Shown: positions 10,601-21,162 of the stretch, piece after piece
Position numbering within the stretch: position 1 is the stretch's first letter
How the letters are laid out: each line of letters starts with the position of its first letter
NCBI GenBank assembly: GCA_001643675.2
Contig: LSRY02000005.1
Span: 1,178,001 to 1,242,000 of the forward strand
Direction: 5' to 3'
Length of the DNA: 64,000 bases
DNA from: Monocercomonoides exilis PA203
Taxonomy: Eukaryota; Protista; Preaxostyla
The notes under the pieces: model-generated
What the model was told of the DNA's origin: nothing
Databases searched by the model: none
Seen by the model: the letters and a program-made list of their open reading frames with translations, nothing else
Position numbers and translations under genes: made by a program

Positions 10601-12849
10601 GAAGCATTGGCTAAAGAGATAGTTTTGCAATCTGACAAAGCAATTGCACAGCCTTGCGAAAATCCAAATCCAGTGACATTCACAAATTCCATCATTAAAG
10701 AGCCTTCTTCAACCTGAATCAGGGATTTTGTTGATGGCTGAGTCGATTGGTCGCTTTTGGTGAAACTGCACAGCTCCAACTGAACTGAGCCTGAGGAGCT
10801 GACTGCAATCGCAGTTCGATTGAACACACAAACAAATTGAATCCTCTTTGCATTCAGTGAACCATTGCCGATGGAGATCAAGCAGTCATTTGACGAGGCT
10901 TCGTTGCACTTTATTGCAGTTGAGTTGTTCTCTGTTCCGCTGAGAATGATATTTCTCCAGTCGATGTCAATCACGCCTTCTTCGATTTCTTCGCCAGACA
11001 TCAAAACATTCTGCCCCAAATATGAATTCCATCTTGTCACTCCATATTCCACCGTTTGGCATTCCGAGCCTGTTCCTCCACAAGTGTCCACATTTCTACC
11101 AGAATTGCTGATGTGTATTTCTGGCTGAGCTGTTGGCAGATATGAGTCATGTGCAACAGCTCTATCTCCGCATATCCTTGCATATTCGACGCATTGCACA
11201 ACTTTTCTTGGAGCTGTTGAAAGTGTAAAACTTTGCAATATCTGAACTGTGTTATTATCCAAGCTAAATCCCTTTCCAATAAAAATATCTGCTGCATGTG
11301 TCGATTTATTCACTGTATTGTTCTCAAACAAGCAAAATTGGATTTTGACGTTTTTGTTGTGATCATTATCGGAAACATCAAATCCTCCTGCTCCCAGTGG
11401 AGCATCTCCATTTAATAAATAACAATTTGACAACACAAAATCAACTTTAGGATATTGTAGAAATACAGTTCCAGCATAACATTTTAATGCTCTGCTTCTT
11501 TTGAATACAGTGTTGTAAATTGATCCACTTCCTCCAATATACCATCCGACACTTCCTCCATAAGCTGCTGAAGAATTTTCAAAAATGCAGCCAATTATCA
11601 GAGAAAATTTATTAGTAATATGAGCAAATGCTCCTCCGATAGACTGATCTCCCGTTCCTTTGCAACAATTAAATATTGAATTTTCAATGAAGCAGTCGCT
11701 TCCATTGCTAAAAATTGCACCCCCATATCCATATTGATCATAGTATGTATCAATGCATTCGGAAAATGTGCATCTGTCAACAGTGAGCTTGGCACTTTCG
11801 CTGACAGCTATTGCTCCACCATGAGAGGCACTGCATTTTGTAAAAGTGCAATCTTCAAATTTGATTTCTCCATCTGAAAATGATTGTGCTTCATTCGTGA
11901 AGTTCTGATGAGAAATGGTGTTTCTCGAACGAATGAAAGAAGTGTTCCAGGAGCCAAAACCACATCCACGAGAGCCAGAAATGAGAACACCATAAAACGG
12001 GCAAACACAATCAGCGACCATGCAGCCTTCCATTTTGCTTTCCTGCAAAGAATGCTTTTGCAGTGGATGCTTGCTGCTGCTCTTAACAGAAATGTTGTGG
12101 AAGCTGCAAAAAGAAGCTGAGGCAAATGACAAATCCACATCTCCAATGAACGGATTCACAAACGAGGCACAAAACGATGAAAATGTGCAGCACGAAACAT
12201 GAACACTTCCCGTCAAAGGTTGTGCGCAGGAACTTGCTGAGACAAGAGATGGCCATGCCTGCTTCCGAAAAGTCCTTTGGAATGAAATATTCGTCATTCT
12301 TATCGTTCCTTCTCCACAGTCAAAAGGAGATAATTCCGTCTCTGTCACCACGCTTATGATGCAATCGCTTACAGATAATGTGGACAATTCATTTCTCACA
12401 AAAATGGCAGACGTGCATCTTTGGTCAATTTTTATTCGTTTAACGACCAATGACGAGTTCAGAACCATCATCCTGCTGCAAATCCAGCTCCACTCATTCT
12501 TGCCATCATTGAATGCATCTGTAACAGAGTTATGATCAAATTCCCTTTCTGCATCCACCAGCAATCGTTTTGAGTTTTTTTCTGTATTTGTCAACCAGCC
12601 AGATGAATCCAAATCCTGCAGCTCATTAAACTTCATCACATTGATTGAATTCATACTGTGCGAGGAGGGCACATTTTTGTTTGTTGCGCAGATGCTTTCG
12701 AGCCTTCCAATGCCATATTTCTGCAAATCGATCTTTTTGAATGCATCTCCTTTCCAAGCGGTATCTCCTGTGCATAGCAAAGCAGAAATAATTATAAAGA
12801 CACTAATACTCGCGAAAAGCATTGGTCTTGCCCTTCCTCTGAAACACAA
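4648..12849 (-). CDS. Large single-pass receptor-like protein: signal peptide, Pmp/pectin-lyase-like beta-helix repeats, TM, cytoplasmic kinase-like (probable pseudokinase) domain
   Basis: 2733-aa uninterrupted ORF. Hydrophobic N-terminus (MLFASISVFIIISALLC). About 10 GG(A/G)(I/L/V) motifs with FxxC spacing and 4 CGxxxx(P/E)C modules. TM WALIVIILLVVILLIVLIVSIVLAV followed by RWRK. C-terminal MRWKAPE, SFSIGMMLWECLT and RPS motifs. Confidence 0.9.
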   Translation of the reverse strand: MCFRGRARPMLFASISVFIIISALLCTGDTAWKGDAFKKIDLQKYGIGRLESICATNKNVPSSHSMNSINVMKFNELQDLDSSGWLTNTEKNSKRLLVDAEREFDHNSVTDAFNDGKNEWSWICSRMMVLNSSLVVKRIKIDQRCTSAIFVRNELSTLSVSDCIISVVTETELSPFDCGEGTIRMTNISFQRTFRKQAWPSLVSASSCAQPLTGSVHVSCCTFSSFCASFVNPFIGDVDLSFASASFCSFHNISVKSSSKHPLQKHSLQESKMEGCMVADCVCPFYGVLISGSRGCGFGSWNTSFIRSRNTISHQNFTNEAQSFSDGEIKFEDCTFTKCSASHGGAIAVSESAKLTVDRCTFSECIDTYYDQYGYGGAIFSNGSDCFIENSIFNCCKGTGDQSIGGAFAHITNKFSLIIGCIFENSSAAYGGSVGWYIGGSGSIYNTVFKRSRALKCYAGTVFLQYPKVDFVLSNCYLLNGDAPLGAGGFDVSDNDHNKNVKIQFCLFENNTVNKSTHAADIFIGKGFSLDNNTVQILQSFTLSTAPRKVVQCVEYARICGDRAVAHDSYLPTAQPEIHISNSGRNVDTCGGTGSECQTVEYGVTRWNSYLGQNVLMSGEEIEEGVIDIDWRNIILSGTENNSTAIKCNEASSNDCLISIGNGSLNAKRIQFVCVFNRTAIAVSSSGSVQLELCSFTKSDQSTQPSTKSLIQVEEGSLMMEFVNVTGFGFSQGCAIALSDCKTISLANASFWDVESEQNGGCLKAVWSEGFEDGCGASISGCTFEHCVVSGDGNGGGALFLSLPNTCSATVSECSFEECEAPFDSQVGFGGGIFLNLEHSDAAFAITAPSFSSGKPNKAKHGNNLFVQSPDLRESITNETLPFAYALGHSCFDDLCGFHGNDHEHSIPLVLFLEEVGSTVHVGSEDGADTVVCGFSDYPCQSVDYCMERLEEVSAKAIAIVKSVTFKSEMNLHSVSLKSSDDLRAGVTCFKSLNAVSGKVIAATGNVSVELIHFLLPSSFDSEIETLMFLTSESNLSLTKCAFGVQMGESSQISYWLFQMCGGILNIDDCQIDSGCLCQAPIAVSENGAAAPTVISLKVNGFILCDYPLIHVIPSSPSKLLNDGATSDEVISLSQCSFEGITNGNANSAVLISSLISSQVECLHWNVTNAKGAESMEGGAMKVVVEAQGQFRMENATFTKCCAENETGGKGGGVYFDCSASNAFSFHQIAFDQCSAKYGKNMFFLSSDLNVSITKQTLAFEVSETAGDKNLFVGNDSTKTIFDLCRFLIGFASQEIHLSKNSGWDVLRCGSAEEPCATMEFGQNHFRALEEPAQPPMNTFLIVDEAQVNSEVDISNITVTSVDAKSRPALTFGAAISPQAGKEEESDFVLTNNGKCSFINIEICCGDGSEWKQTKLISTAGSAFAAQSCSFASASEAAIPYCVVACLSGACEISFCSFQSIKCKSHILMASHDSNIDLTNVSMSNMELMGKSVVAVLAQAERRGESQRLNEGGSPTVQLKCCTLHSLLQNAPSEPSIISCTGSEPCSVSVQNTSMKNCGSSESEKGGGMIMSLSEGGFFECRFSAVSECFCSESGRGGAIFLDCSSITSDGPLPFLLENTTFMNNKALAGRDLYVRCTNIKSQISIELFQLDFRPPFVRDLAMWGCTAQNYYDEEDLLELIVVYQSETIFASSSADNASDTRQCGAISGPCSSLNVALSHIIPSAYSNLLIEKSALVSGEASARDVTIKSLEQESDKGVLHLNCCIECKTGSLTECSSRVKVEFLTILFGNAFSSSHSSLISLADGNLSIADTIFAQEASGGNSGIELNCSIVEMSGGRLTMSDCTFAGLCFSSSCLAASCGQCFSCAFLNFTDVISGVLMDFHDLAKLSMQQVHASNCSAQRSGLILRNCKDCQLQNIQMRGTRSGSNMIVLSSDGSGGHSNIQGIHLEFDDTRVSSESLVSVECKDSDVEMNFLAISNAVLGDGCAVSVTSNASAFHLKQPSFQNITRDSLGPCCLAASSSSSSSSLLLELENCSNKKCASPSEKGSIAALADLADACMSSCVFDGATSAPELRANDERSEGLCQWSRSMVDLQNCTGRIMDTSIANSSKGGLSVSGGSFSVQFGLFANNSPSAAGYPSMRNNIVCSDHALLNIQSLKGGDGLKENSSLWVLNLGCNLSGIASERASPFFIPQLASVKSHQQGSNLAIDLAGSLLLPCGLSLQVDSFDGSVHNLQVYPLQAEEFASETEIHTAIPASIVTTASEATEVSVKILFGRSESPASTDSFILKNRSEPKANGDERIVEGGKEGKSSWALIVIILLVVILLIVLIVSIVLAVRWRKSERRTEELEEIVNDTVKKDPKLIEMVTMEMSPEAQWRRAEKEAEKKNEERMKKRINGKEMVHSESEEYLLSESGSTEYILGRDSDKIPEWALEKVEEDEIRKRSPSPSISSTSTTDSDSTFIRPESMCPTTSSMSNLVDAMACSSPHEKLIVDLRDSLFMLLHGRNEKKEMAIGSLKEREQTAAQILFWVANLALHSFDEMQNPLQSLANLSPHIVLFSEHMVICIVMHSDLLSDDDSDSSSISSSTVVTSASDDNDDRNSLPSSAFEDDDYYKKECMRWKAPELQMNKKMGATKESVSFSIGMMLWECLTLQIPFGEYEAEVAGQKIVNGERPSVDGVMESDLAEAVEGCWAGESEARPSVVELKRMFIQHFPKEAVVITMSDAIDFAT

Positions 12850-13630
12850 AACAATGTTGATTTTCAGATTAAAATATATTTTGAGTTCGGATCAATTATT
12901 ATTTTTTGATGTTTGAAATGAAAATTTTTTACGTTCAAGGAAAGATTTCCGATTCTTAAATAGTGAAAAGAGAATGAAAACAAGAACAAAACTCAACAAA
13001 TGTGTTAATTCGAAAAGATTCAGCCATTTTGTTTTCAAATCAATAAAAATGAAGCATAGGAGGCCTTTCAAGTTGAAATGTGTATCGGATATACATTATT
13101 TGAACGAACCCTTAAATCTCCCAACAAGATCGAAGCATATTTTTCTATTTTTCTTTCTCTTTTTTTTCGATCTATTTTTCATTTTCCACTGACAAAAAAA
13201 AATAAAAGAAAAGAAAAAGAAAAAAGAAAAAGAAAAAAAAGAAAAAACAATACTAATTATATGGGATTATATTTTTTGCTTTATGAATTTTGTTCCATTC
13301 TGAATATTCGAACCTATTTCTCATTTTTTTAATTTTTCTGTATTTTTCTGACATGGAAATGAAAGACTTATCATGATAAAATTGGAGAAAAAGCTTGGAA
13401 CAAATCGTTGTTTTTTTCATAAAAGCAAGAATTTAGTCCCATATCAAAACGATTCCACATCCTTCAATTGTCTTTTGGTTAACATGGCAAGTTGATAAAG
13501 CAAAAAGATGAAACAAACAAATAAATAAAAGGCTATAATGCATTTTTTAAAAGAGATTATTGCGTTTGTGCATGTTATTCCCATTATTAAATATTTATAA
13601 AAATTAATTCATAAAACAAGTATTTTTTGT

Positions 13631-16600
13631 ATGTCAGGAACAGACGATGAACGAAGATCAATTGGGGGATCTTCAGTTAGTTCTATATCTACAGGAGCGC
13701 TCGGAGTTGTGAAGTTCAGTACAATTGATGAATGGTTTGTATTTTCTATTTATTATGTTTTTGTAAGTTGCAGGCCTTTTATTTTTCTGTATCCTCACAA
13801 AAATCAGGATTTTTAATATTTTTTATCAATATCATAAGGTTTTTAACAGTCATACATTCGTATATATTTGCTAAATTGCTAAATATTTATTAACAGGAAG
13901 TACCAATTTCAAATACGTTTTGGATCATTTCATCTGTTGTTATGCTACTCCAATGGATCGGACTTAGTTACCGCACTTGCTGTTTCCCAGTGATTCCTGC
14001 AGTGGATCAATATCTTCGTGATTTTTTTCGATATCTTGATTTTTCTATTTGTTGGAGCTCGTTTCCTTTCAAACTTGTAACGTCCATACTGTTTTATTTA
14101 CTCATGCTTTTTGATGTGATTGTTTATTTTTTTATCCGGGTCTTTTCAAAGCATGAGTGGGATATTCTTGATACGATGAAACGGCTGCTTTTTGTGTACA
14201 AAATGAATCTTTCTACAATATTTTTTATTCCTATAATGAACATCACAATGGGATCATGGCTATGCATTTTTGCTGGAAGCAAAGAAAACTGCGAAACCGG
14301 AGACATTTTGCTTGTTGTTTTCTCTTCAATTTTTTTCATATTGTTCACAATTATAAAACTATTCTTCAGATCATTTATCCATTCAATGAACATCTCTCGC
14401 AATCACATATTTAGCTGTCAATCCGGATCTTTTTTCCCAATACAGTACATATTATTAATTATTTTGACACTCATAGCTGCAGTGATGGATCAGCTGAAAT
14501 CAAAAGGAATGGCAGTGGGAACAATTGGACTAATAATCTTTTTGATACTCACAGCTGCGTCTGTGATAAGACAGCCGTTCTTTACCATCCTCTCTAACCA
14601 GCTCATTTCCGCAACCAGCGGTGTCGCGGCCTTGTTTTTCCTGCTTGAGATCATCGTGTCAGTAGCTCTCCCGCCAGCAAGCTTCACACCCTCAATCTGC
14701 TCCACTGTAGTGTTCTTGGCTGTCTCAGTCATCCTCGCTGCAGGCGTGTGGCTGGGCCTGTGGGTGCTCACGCGGAAGGTGGGGATGTCGATGTGGGCGA
14801 TGCGGCCTGGAGAAGAGGTGCCTTCTTTCCAGGCGAAGAAGGCGAAGAACAAACACAGCACTGCAGACACAGGACGAGGAGACCGCGAGCCGCTGCTGCA
14901 GAAAGGAGCACCAGAGGCAAGCTTCTCTCCCACGCTGGGCGGAGCAGCAACGACTCCTTCAGTGCAATTTCCCGCTTCTTCTTCTTCAGCGTTTTCTACT
15001 GGCTTTAATAACACAAATGATCCTCTGCTTGCCGCTTCTTCTTCTTCTGCTTCTGCTTCTTCTGCCTCTGCTCTGTCACTCACAAACAGTTCGAATTCCC
15101 TCATGCCTATGCAGCAGCAGCCAGCAGCAATATCAACAGCAATGACTTCTTCTTCTTCTTCTCTTTCATCAACAGCCCTCTCTCTCTCACCCACCTCTGC
15201 CTGCTCCTCAACCCCTCTCCCAGTCATCCAGCCGCCCGAGATGCGCTCCTCCACATCGCCCACCCTCGGCTCTCCTCTTCTGATGGGCTCTCCTCCGCCC
15301 CATGTGGTGCCTTCCACGCCATTCCACATGCCTCCCCAGCAGCAGGCTGTCTTGTCCCCTCGCTATCCTTCCACTCCGCACGGACAGCCTCCTCAATCTT
15401 CTGCGTCTTTAGCTTCAACGATGTCTTCTTCACTGTCAACGTCATCATCATCATCATCATCTTCTTCTTCTTCTTCTTCTTCTTCTTCTGCCTCCTCTTC
15501 TTCCTCTTCTTCCTCTTCCTCTCCATCCAAAACAGGCTCTGGATCCTCGAACGCAATTCCTTGCCAGCTGCCAAAGTACAGCAGTCCCCACGAGATTCAG
15601 TGCGCTATCCGCTTTTTGACTGACCGCGAGCTGCACAAACGGCCAGAGTGTGTGAAGCTGGGCGAGGACATTGTGAAATACGGCACACGCAAGTTCAACA
15701 GCTCGCCGACGATGTGGATCACATCAGCGATGTTTCACCTGAACTTCACAAAGGACGGAAACCGGATGGGCGAGAACCTGCGCAATGCGAAGCAGTGTCT
15801 GCCTTCTGTTGGAGAGCGCTGGGTCATCTACTCTCTTTTGAGCGACCTCGAAGCGAATCGCGGCTCGTTGTTTGGGTCGAAGTGTGCTGGTGTCTTTGGC
15901 GGCGGGATCACATTCAGCAGCGGGCGGAACAAAGGACGGCTGGCTGGGCTGGGGTGGAGCAGCGGAGGAGGCGCGGGGAGTGCGAGGGGAAGAGGAGAAG
16001 GCGGAAGCTTCCAGTCGTCAGCGGCGCTGAGGATCGGCCTGGCGAACGCTCAGAAGCACACTGAGGTGGCGAAGGCGTATCTGAAGCAGGTGTGGACGCT
16101 GATGGTGAAGGAGAACCTTGATGTGCAGAAGATCATGCGCTATCTGGAGAAAGCGGTGGAGGCGCGGCAGGCAGCAGACATCGAGTTCACGGGGCTGCTC
16201 ACGACGAATGCGAATTCGCCCCAAGTGCTGCGTGCGTATGGGATCATGCTGCGGGATGTGGACAGGGACGACGAGACAGCAGAGACGATGTTTATGAACG
16301 CGAACCAGCTCGAAGAGGATGAGACGGCCACAGTCAGTGATGGAGAGAGCGGGTCGATCCGCAGCGGGTTCAGCGAAGGCTCAGACGGGTTTGGGAAAGG
16401 CGGGGTGGGGATTGGAGGGGGAGGAGGAGGAGGGCTGGGAGGGTTGGGCGGGATGGGAGGAGGCGGAGGAGGAATGGGAGGAGGAAGCGGAGGCAGTATC
16501 GACGGGAGCAAAGCCGGGAGTTCGATCAAACGGCGGTCGCTGAAGCTGGGGAAGCGGAAGAAGAAGAACAAGAAGTCGCAGAAGGCGCTGACGATCCACC

Positions 16601-19600
16601 TGAGCCAGACGAAGCGGAACATCCTGCCGTACTTCCATGGGCTGATCATTGCGTGTGTGGTGGTGGCGCTGGTGGCTGTCTCTGTGATGTTTGCTTTGCA
16701 GAACGTGTCGATGTCGAAGAGCAGCAACACGATCGAGATGATCAACACACTCGCCCTGCTGGAGCTGTCCTTCTACGACACAGTGATGTTGCAAATGTAC
16801 CAGTACTACATCGAGAACGGCTTCTCCCACGCCGACTACCAAATGATCCCCGAACACGAGCGCTTCCACATGCTGCTGCACGAGCTGGTGGAGCAGATGG
16901 GGGAGAACCTGAACTCGGCGTATGTGCACACCGAAGACGACTCCGTGTTCGACTTGTACGAGTTCGAGCGGTACCAGCTGGTGTTCATCCAGCGGGACGA
17001 CAACCAGAACATGGTGAAGGTGATTGGGAAGCCGATCAACGTGATCGACATGGTGAAGACGGCGACGAACCAGGTGTATGACATCCTGGGCGAGTCGGGG
17101 GATGTGGATCCTGTTCTGTACATCGCCCTCAGCGACCTCATCTTCGCAACGGTTCCTGTGTTCGGGGTGGACTCGCTGAAGCAGGTGCAGCTGCAGTATG
17201 TGAAGGAGAACAGGAGGCTGGAGCAGCTGGTGCACATTGTGAACACGATTGTGGGGTCTGTGGCGATTGTGTCTGTGATCGGCATTCTGATCATTCAGTA
17301 CTTGATCACCACGATGCACTTGCTCAAGGAGAGGCGCAGGGCGATGACTTCGTTCTTTTCTGCACCCAAAAAACGCATTTTGAAGTTGAAGAAGCGGCTG
17401 GAGGACGCCGAGAGGGATGCAGCAGAGCTCGACGAGGACGATCCGTATTCGCAGATGATGGCGATCAACTTGCAGAACATTGATGGAGTGGCGATGGATG
17501 GGTCACTGGGAAACAGAGGCAATGAAAGCTCGACAGAGTCTGAGCAGAAGCTGGCTGCATTCTCACCGTCGAGAACACACAACTACTCTCGTTCGTTTCC
17601 CAGAAGCACTTCAAAGGGATCGCTGAATGAATTCAGGGGAGGTGTGAAATTTTTTCAATTTGTGAATCTTTTCTTAATTTTTTATTTATTTATTTGTTTA
17701 TTTTGTTGTAACAACTTATTCTTTATTACACTTGAATTCGCGTTCAATTCTTATTTCTTGTTATTCATAGTCCGCCCACAAGATACAGACCACAGTGCAA
17801 TGTATCGCGTGAATTCAAAGATGTCTATTTTGTACAACGCCGAAAATACAGCTAATCAGCCGAGCACTTCAGACTTGATAGAAAAAGATGTCATCGACAA
17901 TCCAGAAATAAATGGCAAGCAACCAGAAAACACTCAAATTAACACAAACGATGGCAGCACCAGCAGCTTCGAAAAGCAATCACCTGATTCTTCACAAGAC
18001 ACCAAGCCAGACAGCAGCGAACGGCCGAACACGAGTCTGACAGAAGGCAACGAGCCATCTCCAGCTTTATCTCATCAACAGCAGCAGCAGCAACAACAAC
18101 AACAACAACAGGCAATTTCAGTGGCATCCACTGCTCCTCTGTTGCAGTACTCTCAAGTGCAGTCTCCACAGCCTGTGCCTTCGATGCGCAGAGCACATTC
18201 AAACACCTCCTTCCAGCCGAAAGTCGACCCCACGTGGAGCACTTACACCAACTCCTCTCTGTTGCTCCCGCCTTCTTCTTCGCCACAAGCTGCAAATGCG
18301 ACAGCGTCATCATCAACTTCAGCAGCAGCACAGCAGGCGAACAACAACCGCCCTGCCACCTCTTCCTCTTCCATCATCTCATCCTCCCCCACTCCTTCCC
18401 AAATGCCCCAGTCGCTGTACATGTTCACTCCACACAGCCAGCTCCAGTATGCTCCCTGGGGACCCATCATCTCTGTCCCGTATGCCGACGGCTCGTCGCA
18501 GAGCTTCTATCCGATGCCTTCTCCCATCCTAAACGATCCAGGGACAGTCACACAGACAAGCCCGACTCCTTCGCCTGTGCCTGTCTCTATGTCGATGTCG
18601 ATGTCTGCATCTATGCCAGGAGGACAGGGAATGAGTGGGAACACCACACCTGGGATCATGGGGCAGGTCAGCTTGTCAGGTTCTGCTTCTCCAGTGCACT
18701 TCAGCCCGTACAATCTGTATGCAATGTCTCCGCAGCCTTTGCAGAACGGCAATGGTTCTGCATCGTCTTCTTCATCTTCAGCAAGCACTTCCCTCACACC
18801 GCTTCAGCAACAACAGCAGCAGCAGCAACAGCAGATGATGATGATGATGAACCCGACACACGTAAGAGAGCAGTCTATGTCTTCGACTTCGCCTCTTCTC
18901 CAGCGCCAGGGGGATAACAGCGATGCGTCCAGCTCCTATCCACCAGCCTCTCTAAGACCGACGTCTGTGCCGCCTGCTTCTTCACAGCCACCTTCCCAGT
19001 CACCTGCACCACAACAGCGGCAGCAGTCGTTCATTTCTCCGTCTGCTTCACAGCAGCTCAGTGCGACTGGGTCTGTGACTGATTTAAGGGCGGAGACAAA
19101 TGCTCCAGCGAAGAAAGAGGCAGCAGGAGGAGGAGGGGGAGGAAGTGGTGGTGGTAGCGGTGGAGGAGGAGAGAAGAAAGCAGAAGAGCTGACACTGGAA
19201 GAGCAGGAGGAAGACCAAAGGGCAGAGATAGAGGAGAAAGTGAAGAAGATCAGCGGGATAATTCCCACTTTGTTCTACGTGAGGACGTTTCTGGGTGTGG
19301 CGCTTCTGATGGGCTTTGCCATCGCCTTTGCCATTGTGCTGAACAGAACATTGTCGCAGGCGGTGGAGATCGATTCACTAATCTGCTTCTCTCAGTACCG
19401 CACAGTGCAGTTGGGGATCATGACGCTCCTTTCGATCAACATTGCTGACCCGGATGTGTTGGATACATCGCCAACGGGTGTGCCGATGATCACGAATGAG
19501 CTGTCGACGTATCCTGTCTGGAACGACCAGCGGCACATGTCGAGCGACTGCGACACGGTGAAGCTGATTCTGAACAGGACGATCCAGTTCTTCGACGCTT

Positions 19601-20838
19601 TACACAGGAAAGTGAAAGAAGGAGGCAAAGTGGGCACACGGGAGTTCATTCTGACAGGAGATGATGCCATCGATGAAACATCCACCTCGCGCACGATCTA
19701 CTCTGGCTCGCGTCTGTCCGCGCTGATGATGAACTCCCAGGCGTGCTATGAGTACTATCCAGGTGACTGCGACATACCTGACAGAATCTACAACCACAGA
19801 GGCGACTTTGCGGGGCTGGAAGGGCTCATCCAGGAGTTCCTGTCGCAGGCGCTGGCACTCACCAACACGTCGTCACAGCCGCCGATGAGCCACACGTCGG
19901 TGCAGTTTATGAACACAGCAATGAATTATGACCTCCGCGCAGGCATGAACAACTACTCGACGATCATGGTGCAAGAGTTTATGGAGAAGACAAACAGCAA
20001 CTTTGTGGGGATGGTGGTGCTGTTCGTGTTCACTGTGATCTTCATGCTCGTGGCATTCTTCCTCTGCCTCATCCCCACCCGCGACACGCTCTTCAAAGTG
20101 GCCCTGTGCACCATCAAGATTGCTGACCTCGACCCGTCTGCCGCGTCTTCGCACGATGCCATTGCCGAGTGGAGCGAAGAATACTCGTGTGACGTGCAGC
20201 GCTTTGACGACGCACACAAACGTGTTGTGGATGCACTGCGTGAGCTTGTCCAGGGCATCGAGGAGATGGAAGACGGCGGGTTTGGCACGAAGGAAGGAGG
20301 GGAAGCGGGGCAGGGCGCAGGAAGCAGTGGCAGTAGTGGTAGTGGAGGAGGAGGAGGAGGGATGGAAGGCGACGAGTTCGAAGACAGCGATTTGCAGAAC
20401 CGTAAGCGGCTGAAGCAGCTTCTGCGGGCGTTTGTGTTTGGGTTCTTCCGTGTCCTGTCAGACGAGGAGAAGATGATGTCACGTGCAAAAGTGTCGAACT
20501 ACCACATCAATGCGCACAAGCGGGAGCACATCACGTTCATCAAGCGTGTGCTGCAGTCTTCGCTGCGCATTGCTGTGTCGAAGGTGATTGAGGCAGGCAC
20601 GGGGGAGATAACAGAGCTGACACAGACGGTGAATATGTGGATGTCTGACCACATGACACACACAGACAGAGAACTGGGCACGCTTCTGGTGGGGAAGACG
20701 AGCCAGGGGAGGCTGGAGAAGATCATCGACCTCACTGTGTGGGAGGTACCGCCGTCGTATGTGGCTTTCCTTGACTCCGACAACGCTGACCTGAAAAGCA
20801 GAGAGCAGATTGAGAACTTACAAAGAATGCTTGAATGA
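13631..20838 (+). CDS. Multi-pass membrane protein of TmcB/TmcC-like architecture with C-terminal hemerythrin-like domain
   Basis: Main ORF 13942-20838. Probable first exon from ATG 13631 (5' structure uncertain) and in-frame intron 17642-17770. About 7-8 N-terminal TM segments, a TPR-like block (KFNSSPTMWITSAMF...NSPQVLRAYG..L.DV..D.E.AE..F), two TM-loop-TM modules, then WSEEYSCDVQRFDDAHK...DEEKMM...HKREH...WMSDHMTHTD. Confidence 0.85.
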
Positions 20839-20867
20839 TTAAGAGGAGGGAGAGGGGAATGCTCGAG

Positions 20868-20893
20868 TGTATGTATGTATGTATGTATGTATG
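20868..20893 (+). repeat. (GTAT)n microsatellite in 3' region
   Basis: About 6 tandem GTAT copies just after the stop codon at 20838. Confidence 0.9.
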
Positions 20894-21120
20894 AAAACGT
20901 TACACCCTCTTGATATTCAAAGCGGTACTCTAAATTATTTAAAGAACTTCACAACACCACTTCGCAATTCATTTCGTTGGAGATATTTTTTGAAATTATG
21001 TTTTTTTTTTGGTGTATGTAAATTATGTTCAATATTTTATTTATTAAAATTTCAATCAACATCTTATGCTCTTGTTTCCCTTCTATCTATGTATTTGAAA
21101 TTATATTTATTCTTTTAATT

Positions 21121-21121
<1 letters not shown>

Positions 21122-21159
<38 letters not shown>
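21122..21159 (+). repeat. Poly-T tract (~38 nt)
   Basis: Uninterrupted T run. Confidence 0.9.

Positions 21160-21162
<3 letters not shown>

Noticed and set aside
4700-20800. Many 60-300 aa ORFs antisense or out of frame within the two large genes
   Set aside because: Shadow ORFs expected from GC-rich, low-complexity coding sequence; no motifs of their own.
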